Below, piece by piece: positions 40,733-50,451 of a DNA stretch of 64,000 nt. Under the pieces are notes generated by a model that was not told the origin of the DNA, ran no database searches, and saw only the letters and a program-made list of their open reading frames with translations. This DNA is from a virus. Position 1 is the first letter of the stretch, and the number at the start of each line of letters is the position of its first letter. Location: the IMG/VR virus record IMGVR_UViG_3300005913_000002; one strand, written 5' to 3'. The position numbers and the translations under genes are program-made.

Positions 40733-42186
40733 GTTTTTGCAAAATTGTAATCAAAGACGAAGTAAACGTAAAGATTGAAAATCTCGATCTTGAAACTCGT
40801 AAAGCGTTGGTTAAAAAATTCAAATATTTTGATCAAAAAGCCAGATACTTGCCTGCGTACAAATTAGGCAGGTGGGACGGTTGCACAAGTTTCTTCGGAC
40901 TTGGCGGTACCACCTACATGAGTCTATTACCTGAGGTAATTGAAGAACTTGTTCGCATGGGTTACGATCCTACACTTGAAGATTACCGAAAATCCACGCC
41001 GTTAGAATTTGAAAAAGTTGAAGAAGATTTTTGGGGAAATCAAACATGGCCAGAAGGGCATCGATTTGCTGGAGAAAAGATTAGACTACGTGACGACCAG
41101 GTAGAAGTTGTTAACAAGTTCCTTGAGAATCCTCAATGCATTCAGGAAATTGCTACAGGTTTTGGTAAGACAATTATAACTGCAACATTGGCAAAAATTG
41201 TGGAAAAATACGGTCGTACAATTACAATTGTACCTAACAAAAGTCTTGTTGAACAGACAGAAGAAGATTTTATTAACTGTCAACTTGATGTAGGTGTATA
41301 CTACGGAGATAGAAAAGACCTCAATAAAACTCATACTATCTGCACATGGCAAAGTTTAAATATTTTAGATAAGAAATCAAAAAACTCCACCGAAAATGAC
41401 TTACTGACTTTGGCAGAATTTTTAGATGGTGTGAGTACCGTAATGGTAGACGAAGTACACATGGCCAAAGCAGATGTACTTAAAAAGTTACTGACTCAAA
41501 ATATGAGCAATGCTCCTATCCGATGGGGCCTAACCGGCACCGTACCAAAAGAGGACATTGAATTTCTAAACATCAAGTCTGCATTAGGCGAAGTGGTGCA
41601 TCGAGTAGCGGCGTACGAATTGCAGGAAAAAGGAGTATTGAGTCAATGCCATGTTAACATTATTCAAACTCAGGAATGGAAAGAGTTTGAAAGTTATCCA
41701 GGCGAATTAAAATACCTAGTTACTGATAGCACACGCATGGAGTGGATTAGTAAACTAGTGTCAGGTATTGCAGAAACTGGAAATACACTCGTTTTGGTTG
41801 ACAGAATAGAGTCAGGAAAGTTTATAATAAATGAGATTCCAGACAGTGTGTTTATTTCAGGCGAAGTAAAAACTAAAGACAGAAAAGAAGAATACGATGA
41901 AATTAAAACTTCTACTAACAAGATTATTGTGGCGACTTATGGTGTGGCCGCTGTGGGTATTAATATCCCTCGTATTTTTAATCTGGTTCTTTTGGAGCCC
42001 GGAAAGAGCTTTGTCCGAGTTATACAAAGTATTGGGCGAGGTATTAGAAAAGCAGAAGACAAAGACTTCGTGCAAATTTGGGATTTAACTGCCAGTAGCA
42101 AATACGCTAAAAAACATTTAACAGAGAGAAAACGTTTCTACAAAGAAGCACATTATCCATTCACAGTAGAAAAGGTAAAATACTAA
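40729..42186 (+). CDS. uvsW: SF2 DNA helicase UvsW
   Basis: WDG, ATGFGKT, VDEVH, GLTGT, QSIGRGIR. Confidence 0.93.
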   Translation: MSFCKIVIKDEVNVKIENLDLETRKALVKKFKYFDQKARYLPAYKLGRWDGCTSFFGLGGTTYMSLLPEVIEELVRMGYDPTLEDYRKSTPLEFEKVEEDFWGNQTWPEGHRFAGEKIRLRDDQVEVVNKFLENPQCIQEIATGFGKTIITATLAKIVEKYGRTITIVPNKSLVEQTEEDFINCQLDVGVYYGDRKDLNKTHTICTWQSLNILDKKSKNSTENDLLTLAEFLDGVSTVMVDEVHMAKADVLKKLLTQNMSNAPIRWGLTGTVPKEDIEFLNIKSALGEVVHRVAAYELQEKGVLSQCHVNIIQTQEWKEFESYPGELKYLVTDSTRMEWISKLVSGIAETGNTLVLVDRIESGKFIINEIPDSVFISGEVKTKDRKEEYDEIKTSTNKIIVATYGVAAVGINIPRIFNLVLLEPGKSFVRVIQSIGRGIRKAEDKDFVQIWDLTASSKYAKKHLTERKRFYKEAHYPFTVEKVKY

Positions 42187-42689
42187 TGCAAATATTAACA
42201 CTTGATAATAAGATTTATCACCTCAATGACCTTCCAGATGAAATAGAAGACGACCTTAGATTTTCAGTAATGGACAATAGTGATCCATCGAATCCTGATT
42301 ATTTTTATATTCCGTTAATTTTCTTAGAAAGTTTTACTGCTCCGGCAGCAGTATTACAAATAGGTCCCTACAGAGTTAATATGCCTCTTGATTGGTGCAC
42401 TATTGTAGGAGATCCTGAAGGCCCTTCAATGGAAATTCTTCCACTGACAAGTTTAAATGATAGAGGTTTTAGAACTTTTACATTTAATCCTTTAAGTAGT
42501 TTTAGACCAGAATTTTTTGATGTTGATATCGTTGATGTCTATCAAGATGTTAAATGGTATTTTCCTAAAATGAAGCCAGGTCAATTGCTTTGCACTCCGT
42601 TAAGCAATGATCCTAAACCAGTGTGTGCATATTTTGTAAAAGAAGTTAGTAGGCAAAGTGAATTAGTTGATTACGGCCTGTGTTGGTAA
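42186..42689 (+). CDS. hypothetical protein
   Basis: Coupled to uvsW. Confidence 0.6.
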   Translation: MQILTLDNKIYHLNDLPDEIEDDLRFSVMDNSDPSNPDYFYIPLIFLESFTAPAAVLQIGPYRVNMPLDWCTIVGDPEGPSMEILPLTSLNDRGFRTFTFNPLSSFRPEFFDVDIVDVYQDVKWYFPKMKPGQLLCTPLSNDPKPVCAYFVKEVSRQSELVDYGLCW

Positions 42690-42690
42690 T

Positions 42691-42993
42691 ATGAGCAGGC
42701 TTACACCAGGTGCATCATATTCTTATGAAAAAATTGATGGGGTGACATACGCACAGGAATTATCATCAACTGAAAAAATAATCATAGGGTGGGATTGGAG
42801 TTCAGATGACCAATTACTGGCGCCTGAACATATTAGATCAAAACTTGATGATATTAAAGAAAAGAATTTATGGAATGAAATTCGAAGAGTAGCCCGGACT
42901 AATGTTACCTTGCAAAAAGCATTAGACCAGTGTATAATTATACATCACCTCAGTAAAGACAACCCTAAACCACTAGATTGGCATCCAGTATAA
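42691..42993 (+). CDS. hypothetical protein (start moved to ATG 42691)
   Basis: In-operon ORF. Confidence 0.55.
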   Translation: MSRLTPGASYSYEKIDGVTYAQELSSTEKIIIGWDWSSDDQLLAPEHIRSKLDDIKEKNLWNEIRRVARTNVTLQKALDQCIIIHHLSKDNPKPLDWHPV

Positions 42994-43454
42994 TGGCAGC
43001 AAAATTAGACATTGGCAAAGAACTAAGAGCAGTAAATTCTAGAAATTATGATTTCTATAATAACCTTACTGACGAAGAAAAGAAAGCATTTAGTCCGTAT
43101 CTCCTAATGAGGTTCGTGGGCAATCCTCAGTCTGATTCTGAAACTTATGAATTTACAATTGATCGTGTTAACGAATTTGTAAACAAAAATCATTGGGAAC
43201 TAAGCAAAGGTCATAAACCGTTGCTATGGAAAATGTTTGCAAGTTGCGGTACCGGCACGTCTTTGCGATATACATATCTTAAATCAGGTACGAAAGAAAA
43301 AGCAAACAAAATTGAAAAATTGTTAGAAGAACTGTATCCTGCTATGAAGATGAGTGATATTAAATTACTTGCATCTATGATGGACAAAAAAGATCGAGAC
43401 GAACTATTTGATAAAATGGGTTTTGACAAAAAGCAACGGAAAGATTACGAGTGA
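42993..43454 (+). CDS. putative clamp-loader small subunit (gp62-like)
   Basis: EKKAFSPYLLMRF..VNE..YLK pattern recalls gp62; replication cluster. Confidence 0.45.
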   Translation: MAAKLDIGKELRAVNSRNYDFYNNLTDEEKKAFSPYLLMRFVGNPQSDSETYEFTIDRVNEFVNKNHWELSKGHKPLLWKMFASCGTGTSLRYTYLKSGTKEKANKIEKLLEELYPAMKMSDIKLLASMMDKKDRDELFDKMGFDKKQRKDYE

Positions 43455-44146
43455 TTAAACTAGAAGAACAACCTTTTAACTGTGTACATTGCGGTAAGGC
43501 GTTTATGAAAGAAAAAACGCTAATTGCTCACATGTGCGAGCAAAAACGTAGAGTATTACAGAAAGAAGAAAAGCGAGTTCAGGTAGGATTTTTTACATAC
43601 AACAGATTTTATCAACTAACACAGAATGCCAAAAAACAAAAGTCTTATTCTGATTTTTGTAAAAGCAGTTACTATAATGCATTTGTAAAATTTGGCAGTT
43701 TTATCAATAATGTTAATCCGTTATACCCTGAACGATTTATTGATTGGGTGATTAAAAGCGGAGTTAAATTAGATCACTGGTGTCGAGATGAATTATACGA
43801 CAAGTATCTAGCGGATCTTGTAAAAATAGAACCTGCCGAAAGTGCAGTACAACGTAGTTTGCAATATATGATGGAATGGGCTGAAGAACAAAATGCAGAG
43901 TATACACATTACTTTAGATATGTAAGTGTTAATCGTGCAGTATATCATATTCGAGATGGAAAACTTTCACCGTGGTTAATTCTTAACTGTTCAGAAGGCG
44001 TTGAGTTATTGAGAAAGTTTAGCGACGAACAATTGGAAATAGTTGATAAAATTTTAGATTTTGGGTTTTGGTCAAAGAAATTTAAAGAAACTCCTGCTGA
44101 TGTTGCATTGGTTAAAGAAGTATGTAGGGAGATAGGAATTGCCTGA
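43451..44146 (+). CDS. zinc-finger protein (C2H2/C2HC-like N-terminus)
   Basis: FNCVHCGKAFMKEKTLIAHMC. Confidence 0.6.
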   Translation: MIKLEEQPFNCVHCGKAFMKEKTLIAHMCEQKRRVLQKEEKRVQVGFFTYNRFYQLTQNAKKQKSYSDFCKSSYYNAFVKFGSFINNVNPLYPERFIDWVIKSGVKLDHWCRDELYDKYLADLVKIEPAESAVQRSLQYMMEWAEEQNAEYTHYFRYVSVNRAVYHIRDGKLSPWLILNCSEGVELLRKFSDEQLEIVDKILDFGFWSKKFKETPADVALVKEVCREIGIA

Positions 44147-44726
44147 TATTGACTTAGACTTTGCTAATAGACAACTAGCATTAGATAAATTAACTCACAT
44201 TACTGCATCTCGTGCCGAGAACGGAGATTTTAAAAAGCACAACACTGGCGTATATTGTCACGTTATTCCGTATAATCCATTAACTGGCCTATCTGCAATT
44301 GAGTATAAGAAAGCAGAAGATAGAGGATATTTTAAAATAGACTTTTTAAATGTATCTGCTTATCAAGGAATAAAAAACGAGGAACAACTTGAACAGTTGT
44401 TAAAAATTGAACCGCTATGGGATCTATTAGAAGATTCTGCGGTATGCGATCAGATGTTTCACATTAACGGATATCATAATATGATTGCTAAACTTAAACC
44501 TCGTAGCATTGAGCAGTTAGCCATGTTTCTTGCTCTCCTCCGGCCTGGTAAGAAACATCTCATCCCAGTATGCAACGAAAAAGGTTTCGATGCTATTGAA
44601 AATGAGATATGGGTTAAAACAGAAGATGCTTATTTCTTTAAAAAGGCTCATGCTGTTGCGTATGCTCATGTAATTGTGGTACAACTAAATTTACTATGTG
44701 AAAATATTAGTTACGGTTTTTCTTAA
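44139..44726 (+). CDS. miniature family-C (DnaE/Pol III alpha-like) polymerase core
   Basis: PDIDLDF, KHNTGV, GYFKIDFL, LALLRPG, YFFKKAHAVAYA in DnaE order; TTG start with GGAG/AGGA RBS. Confidence 0.8.
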   Translation: MPDIDLDFANRQLALDKLTHITASRAENGDFKKHNTGVYCHVIPYNPLTGLSAIEYKKAEDRGYFKIDFLNVSAYQGIKNEEQLEQLLKIEPLWDLLEDSAVCDQMFHINGYHNMIAKLKPRSIEQLAMFLALLRPGKKHLIPVCNEKGFDAIENEIWVKTEDAYFFKKAHAVAYAHVIVVQLNLLCENISYGFS

Positions 44727-45090
44727 CGTTTCTAACCAGTTGAATGCTTTTACGTTTAACTCGTTTTTCTGCAATTTCACCTAAATTTACAATTGGTCCA
44801 AATATTATTTCAACATCTTTACTGTTAAATGTTTTAACATATGGTCTAAAGTCTATCATATCCTGTTTTAAGAATATGTTGATTGGAATTTTTCTATTGG
44901 ATTCCCACCACCATGTTTCTCCTAATTCTAGAAATAATTTTCTTTCTTCCTCAGAACGTATATCAGCATAACTATAGATGCTGGTAACATTGAGGTCGTA
45001 GTTGATTACTATTCCGATATATTCGTTAACCGATGTTTTTACACCGGTTATAAACGGAAAGTTTTTCTGAAAGTCGTCCTTACTGGTCAT
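44707..45090 (-). CDS. hypothetical protein
   Basis: 127-aa ORF, WWWESNRKIPINIFL. Confidence 0.6.
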   Translation of the reverse strand: MTSKDDFQKNFPFITGVKTSVNEYIGIVINYDLNVTSIYSYADIRSEEERKLFLELGETWWWESNRKIPINIFLKQDMIDFRPYVKTFNSKDVEIIFGPIVNLGEIAEKRVKRKSIQLVRNVKKNRN

Positions 45091-45106
45091 TAAAATAAAT
45101 ATATGT

Positions 45107-46207
45107 ATGCAAAAATTACCAGTTTATTTATACTCCAATTTAATGCAAGTGCAATTAGATGTGGACAATAATACAAGGATAGATAGAACAATGTACCAGC
45201 GTGAACTAAAAATACAAAAAGGACTTAAAAATAAAGTTCAAATTCAAGTTAAAAATTCTGACCAGAAAACTGTTAGAATCAAAGCCGCTGGCGCAACTAC
45301 CCAGGAAATTTCAACATCAAGCACAGAAATATTTTTAGATAGCACAACTGGCATTGTTGCAGGAATGACAGTTAACAGTAATAATGTGCTTCCGGGAACT
45401 TATGTTTCTTCTGTAAATGCAGATAGCGTTATTATTGCCAACCTAAATCCTGTTTACAACCTAGATACTGAGCAATTTCAATCACCTATATTAACTACAA
45501 TCAGTTCGGGTACATCAATAGCATTCAATCAAAATTTTGTATTCAGCATGTTTAATGCTAACGAACAACGACTAGTTTTAGAAAAACAATTAGAAGTTTT
45601 AGATGACGGTGTCACAACAGCAACTCGAGGCATAGCCTTATTAACTTTAAACGAAAACGACACCCGATCTTTATCAAGCGGATATTACAAATACGGCATT
45701 ACTCTAACAGACAGCGACGGCGGCAAATTACCATCATACTCGAATACCTACTACGGAATAGACGGTACGGTAAACTTAACACACGATTTATATCCTACAT
45801 TAAAAGAGAGTGGTTCTGTCGTAAGTTTTCAAAGATTTGCAAATGAGCAGACTAATTTATACGAATTTTACACAGGCAATTTAAGAGCATATCCAGAACT
45901 AACACAAACAACAACAGCCGCTCTTTACCTTGAGAATTTTACAGGCACAGTGCTAATTCAAGCAACACTAGATAATAGTCCCGGTTCGTTTGGAAATTAT
46001 GTAACTTTGGAAACAAAAACATATACTGGATTTACTGGAGTCGATTATGCTAATGCTGTTGGCAGTTGGAGCGATGTTAGAATAAAATGGATTCCGGATA
46101 CTGACGGAACTTATAATCATTACAGTCCACAATTGCCCGGAAATCCTACTCCAGGAACTGCATATTATCCAAACGGAAAAGTTGACAAAGTATTGTATAG
46201 AAGTTAA
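45107..46207 (+). CDS. late virion structural protein (beta-rich)
   Basis: TAAATA-N5-ATG; Thr/Ser-rich composition. Confidence 0.5.
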   Translation: MQKLPVYLYSNLMQVQLDVDNNTRIDRTMYQRELKIQKGLKNKVQIQVKNSDQKTVRIKAAGATTQEISTSSTEIFLDSTTGIVAGMTVNSNNVLPGTYVSSVNADSVIIANLNPVYNLDTEQFQSPILTTISSGTSIAFNQNFVFSMFNANEQRLVLEKQLEVLDDGVTTATRGIALLTLNENDTRSLSSGYYKYGITLTDSDGGKLPSYSNTYYGIDGTVNLTHDLYPTLKESGSVVSFQRFANEQTNLYEFYTGNLRAYPELTQTTTAALYLENFTGTVLIQATLDNSPGSFGNYVTLETKTYTGFTGVDYANAVGSWSDVRIKWIPDTDGTYNHYSPQLPGNPTPGTAYYPNGKVDKVLYRS

Positions 46208-46210
46208 AAT
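46182..46210 (+). promoter_or_regulatory. sigma70 promoter for primase
   Basis: TTGACA-17-TAAAAT, ATG 6 nt downstream. Confidence 0.7.
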
Positions 46211-46216
46211 ATATGC

Positions 46217-47209
46217 ATGAACCTCATACAATCAACTGTACAAACTTTCTTACCTGGTAAAAGAAAGGCTACTCCTAGCGGTTGGACAAGTTTTAATGCA
46301 GTCTGCTGTCACAATAGAGGCGAAAAAACAGACACTAGAAAACGTGGCGGGGTTCTTTTTAACGAAGAAGGATTTCAATATCACTGCTTCAATTGTAATT
46401 TTAAAGCAGGATGGAGCCCGGGCAGACTACTAAGTAAGAATACAAAAGACCTGTTTCGTTGGATGGGTATGGCCAATGACGAAATAACCAAATTAAATCT
46501 AGAGGCATTGCGATCTAAAGAAGACGCAGAGGTAGTAAAAACCCCAGTTATAAATTTTAACCTAGAGCCAAGATTGCTTCCTAAAGATAGCAAGCCGATA
46601 ATTGAATGGTTAGAAGAAGATCCTAATTCGGATGTTATTGCCTGTGCTGATTATATAGTTAATCGAGGTATGGAATTAGATTGGTACAACTGGCATTGGA
46701 GTCCAGAAAATGGTTATAGAGATCGATTACTTTTGCCCTTCTACTGCAATCAAGAGACAGTAGGATGGACTGGAAGAAAGATAACTGAAGGTAAACCAAA
46801 ATACCTAACTGATGCACAGGCCGGATATGTATTCAACGTAGATCCGCAACAAGATGATAGAGAATATGTATTAGTAGTAGAAGGACAGTTTGATGCCATT
46901 GCAGTAGACGGAGTGGCAATTATGCATAACGAACCTAATGCAACACAAATAGCAAGAATAAAAATGTTGGGTAAAACAGTTATTGTAGTACCGGACAGAG
47001 ATAAACCCGGGGCAAAAATAATAACAGCGGCATTAGAAAATGAATGGGCGGTTAGTATTCCGCCGTGGGAATCAGATATAAAAGATTGTGCCGATGCAGT
47101 TAAGAAATATGGTAGGCTATATACACTACTTACAATTATTAACTACAAAGAAACGAACAAGATAAAAATACAACTACTAAAGAAAAAACTAGAAAACTTA
47201 GATGAATAA
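46217..47209 (+). CDS. DNA primase, gp61/DnaG-like
   Basis: Zn ribbon (CC..HCFNC), GR..PKY, TOPRIM VVEGQFDA..PDRD..G, KD..D. Confidence 0.88.
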   Translation: MNLIQSTVQTFLPGKRKATPSGWTSFNAVCCHNRGEKTDTRKRGGVLFNEEGFQYHCFNCNFKAGWSPGRLLSKNTKDLFRWMGMANDEITKLNLEALRSKEDAEVVKTPVINFNLEPRLLPKDSKPIIEWLEEDPNSDVIACADYIVNRGMELDWYNWHWSPENGYRDRLLLPFYCNQETVGWTGRKITEGKPKYLTDAQAGYVFNVDPQQDDREYVLVVEGQFDAIAVDGVAIMHNEPNATQIARIKMLGKTVIVVPDRDKPGAKIITAALENEWAVSIPPWESDIKDCADAVKKYGRLYTLLTIINYKETNKIKIQLLKKKLENLDE

Positions 47210-48650
47210 ACCAAACTATAATGCAGAGATGCAAAAACTGTATCTCGAAATGTTTTTAGGAGATGCAGAAACTTTTGTACGCTGTCAAAACATTTTCGAT
47301 CCGGAAAACTTTGACAAGCGTTATCAAGATGCGGCAACCTTTATTACCAAATATGTTGACGATTACAAGGTAATGCCAGAAGTTACCATTGTTAATGCAT
47401 CTACTAGTAATTCGTTCGAATCTGTTGCGCTTGCAAAGGAAAACTATGAATGGTTGCTAAATGAATTTGAAACTTTTAGCAGGCATAAAGGCCTTGAGAG
47501 AGCGATTCTTAAATCAGCAGATATGTTGGAAAAAGGTGAGTACAATCCGGTTGAGAAACTGATTAAAGACGCTATTCAAATTAGTTTGAGCAGAGATATG
47601 GGAACTGATTACTGGGATGATCCTCGTGCTCGATTGTTGCGAATGAAAGACAATAATGGACAGATTTCAACTGGCTGGCCAAGCATTGATAGAAAGTTAT
47701 ACGGTGGTTTTAAAAGAGGCGAACTTAATATTTTTGCTGCCGGGTCAGGTGGCGGCAAGTCATTGTTCTTAGCAAACTTAGGTGTAAACTTTTCACTTGC
47801 CGGTTTAAATGTTGTCTACTTTACATTCGAACTTTCGGAAGAGTTAGTAAGTATGCGGATTGACTCGATGATTACCGATATTGCAGCCAAAGAAATTTTC
47901 CGCAACATTGATGATGTAGAAATGAAGGTTAAGATGACAGGTCGACGTGCCGGTGGAATGCAGATAAAGTACATGCCTTCAGGTAAGAATTGTAACGATT
48001 TGCGGTCATATTTAAAAGAATTTCAGGTTAAAACAGGAAAAAAACCTGACATTATTTTAGTAGACTACTTAGACCTTATGATGCCGCTATCTGTTAAAGT
48101 CAGTCCAAGTGATCTGTTTGTTAAAGACAAATATGTATCAGAAGAACTTCGTAACTTTGCTATGGAAACGCAGTCAGTAGTAGTCACTGCGGCACAGTTA
48201 AATCGTTCAGCAGTTGAGGAAGTTGAATTTGATCACAGTCACATCAGCGGGGGCCTGAGTAAGATTCAAACAGCAGACAACGTTATTGGTATCTTTACAA
48301 GCCGAGCAATGCGTGAGCGAGGCCGCTATCAAATTCAGTTTATGAAAACTCGGTCATCAAGCGGTGTTGGTCAAAAAGTTGATTTGGAATTTAACATTGA
48401 TACATTACGCATTAATGACCTAGGTGAAGAAGCAGAAGAGCAAAGTTTTGCAAGTCAGCGTAGTGCAGCAAGTAGTGCGCTAATTGACGGGTTAAAGAAA
48501 ACAAGTTTAGTAACTAGTACTAACGTAGATCCCGAAACAGGCGAAATAGATCCTACAAAAGGAATGCCAGTTTCTAAGATTGCAAAATCGAGCATGCCTA
48601 CAAGAAATGCTAGAGATATGTTAAATGCGTTTAGTCCCGAAAAAGACTAA
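47202..48650 (+). CDS. gp41: replicative DnaB-like helicase, T4 gp41-like
   Basis: STGW..ID..GG, AGSGGGKS, VDYLDLM, TAAQLNRS, TAD, KTR. Confidence 0.92.
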   Translation: MNKPNYNAEMQKLYLEMFLGDAETFVRCQNIFDPENFDKRYQDAATFITKYVDDYKVMPEVTIVNASTSNSFESVALAKENYEWLLNEFETFSRHKGLERAILKSADMLEKGEYNPVEKLIKDAIQISLSRDMGTDYWDDPRARLLRMKDNNGQISTGWPSIDRKLYGGFKRGELNIFAAGSGGGKSLFLANLGVNFSLAGLNVVYFTFELSEELVSMRIDSMITDIAAKEIFRNIDDVEMKVKMTGRRAGGMQIKYMPSGKNCNDLRSYLKEFQVKTGKKPDIILVDYLDLMMPLSVKVSPSDLFVKDKYVSEELRNFAMETQSVVVTAAQLNRSAVEEVEFDHSHISGGLSKIQTADNVIGIFTSRAMRERGRYQIQFMKTRSSSGVGQKVDLEFNIDTLRINDLGEEAEEQSFASQRSAASSALIDGLKKTSLVTSTNVDPETGEIDPTKGMPVSKIAKSSMPTRNARDMLNAFSPEKD

Positions 48651-49207
48651 AACCAATTAGATATATTATTTTTGGTAATATAATCAATTCCGTGTATCCA
48701 TTGATCTTCTTCGTTTAAATGAAACACTGCCTCTATTGTAGCAGGAGCATCTACCCAACTATTGGCAGGACTCCATGGCTCTTGACCAAAATATTCTCCG
48801 TCAAGTTGTTTAGGTGCCCATTGGCATATACCCAAGCATGTTCTAAATAATGCAGGCCCTTCGTTACCTGCAATTGCGGCCAGTATAGATATGTCAGTAG
48901 TAACACCTATATCTTTGGTAATTTGCATTGTAGTAGGTGCAGTCCAATCTAAGGTATGTACAATATATACTCTATTAGTGTCTACCGGACCTCCTATATA
49001 GACCTTATCTTCTTTTTTAGAAAGTATTCCAGTTTGCCGCATTATATGATCTAATGTAATTTTTTCGGTAGGTTTATTGACTACGAGACCCCACGATCCT
49101 GTCGGACTGTGTTTTCCTACTATGATAACAGATTTGGAAAAATAAGTATCTGCGTTATTTGGGCGAGATGCAATAATTTGTCCGGTTAGGTCTTTCTTTT
49201 CAATCAT
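48647..49207 (-). CDS. YqgE/AlgH (DUF179) family protein
   Basis: FSKSVI..H...GSWGLVVNKP..VYIGGPV..H..G...W...QL..E..W. Confidence 0.85.
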   Translation of the reverse strand: MIEKKDLTGQIIASRPNNADTYFSKSVIIVGKHSPTGSWGLVVNKPTEKITLDHIMRQTGILSKKEDKVYIGGPVDTNRVYIVHTLDWTAPTTMQITKDIGVTTDISILAAIAGNEGPALFRTCLGICQWAPKQLDGEYFGQEPWSPANSWVDAPATIEAVFHLNEEDQWIHGIDYITKNNISNWF

Positions 49208-49212
49208 TGAAA

Positions 49213-49231
49213 TATTTACCGGAAATAAATA
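49213..49231. promoter_or_regulatory. back-to-back late promoters
   Basis: TATTTA at 49213 and TAAATA at 49226, each 5 nt from an ATG. Confidence 0.7.
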
Positions 49232-49236
49232 AAGAT

Positions 49237-49923
49237 ATGAGCATGTTTGAATATACTGATCCTATCGAGATCCACAGCACCTTAAATCCTGTATTATGGA
49301 AGGACGATCACTTACGATCTAATGTAAGAGTTGCACTATTAAAAATTGCAAAAGAATTTTATGCATTTTTAGATTTAGATGTTACTTTGTTAAATTTAGT
49401 AGTTTCAGGTAGTCAAGTTAATTACAACTATACCAAACATAGCGATTTAGACCTACACCTAATTGTTCCCTACAGTCAAGTTAACTGCGACGTTGCAGTA
49501 GACGAATTGTTTGATGCAAAACGCAAACTCTGGGCACAACAACATGATATTAATATTGCAGGTGTTCCTGTTGAACTATATGTAGAAGATGTAGACCATC
49601 CTCCAGTTAGTAGCAGTTACTCTGTTATCAAAGGTGAATGGATTAATCGTCCTACTCAAGATGCAGTCAAATATGACAAACCAGAAGTAGAACGAGTATT
49701 TGCTATCTGGGAACGAGCAATTGACGGTGCAATTGCTACGGGAAATTTAGAAATGTGTCGCAATATTAAAGACATGTTAAAAATGTATCGTAAGGCTGGT
49801 CTTGCACAAGCAGGTGAATTTGGTGTCCCTAATCTAGTATTCAAAGCACTGCGTAACGACGGACAAGTAGGCAAACTCATGGATGCGATTGGTAAATTAC
49901 ACGATAGACAAATGAGTATATAA
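49237..49923 (+). CDS. Pol-beta superfamily nucleotidyltransferase (start moved to ATG 49237)
   Basis: GS.VNYNY..SDLDLH..VELYVED. Confidence 0.75.
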   Translation: MSMFEYTDPIEIHSTLNPVLWKDDHLRSNVRVALLKIAKEFYAFLDLDVTLLNLVVSGSQVNYNYTKHSDLDLHLIVPYSQVNCDVAVDELFDAKRKLWAQQHDINIAGVPVELYVEDVDHPPVSSSYSVIKGEWINRPTQDAVKYDKPEVERVFAIWERAIDGAIATGNLEMCRNIKDMLKMYRKAGLAQAGEFGVPNLVFKALRNDGQVGKLMDAIGKLHDRQMSI

Positions 49924-49933
49924 ATGTTATAAT
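49905..49933 (+). promoter_or_regulatory. sigma70 promoter
   Basis: TAGACA-17-TATAAT, ATG 5 nt downstream. Confidence 0.65.
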
Positions 49934-49938
49934 ATAGC

Positions 49939-50451
49939 ATGAATACAATTTATTTAGACATGGACGGTGTAGTAGCCGATTGGAACGCAGGCGTTGGAGA
50001 CTTTATCGGTTACAGGCTTGATGATCCTACTGCTATGTACTCTCCTAGTGATTGGGAAAAAATCCGTAATAATCAACGCATATTTCGACAGTTACCAAAA
50101 ATGCCACAAGCAGACGACATGGTTAATCTTGCTCGTCAATTTAGAGATGAAGCAGGATATGAACTATTATTCCTAACTGCTATTCCTCATTACAACGATG
50201 TACACTGGGCGTTTTGGGATAAAGTACTTTGGGCACAAGAGAGATATCCTGACATTCCTGTTCACTTTGGACCTTACTCAGAAGACAAACAAAATCACTG
50301 CAAGTCAAGTGATATTCTTGTTGACGATAGAATTGATAACTGCCAACAATGGGAATCTGTAGGTGGCATTACTGTTCGTGTAACCAAGGACTATCAGAAA
50401 GCCCTTGATCAAGTTGCGGAATTATTTTTAGAAGCAAGAAAGGTACAGTAA
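49939..50451 (+). CDS. HAD 5'(3')-deoxyribonucleotidase (NT5C-like)
   Basis: YLDMDGVVAD, LTA, K..W, ILVDDR..N. Confidence 0.85.
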   Translation: MNTIYLDMDGVVADWNAGVGDFIGYRLDDPTAMYSPSDWEKIRNNQRIFRQLPKMPQADDMVNLARQFRDEAGYELLFLTAIPHYNDVHWAFWDKVLWAQERYPDIPVHFGPYSEDKQNHCKSSDILVDDRIDNCQQWESVGGITVRVTKDYQKALDQVAELFLEARKVQ

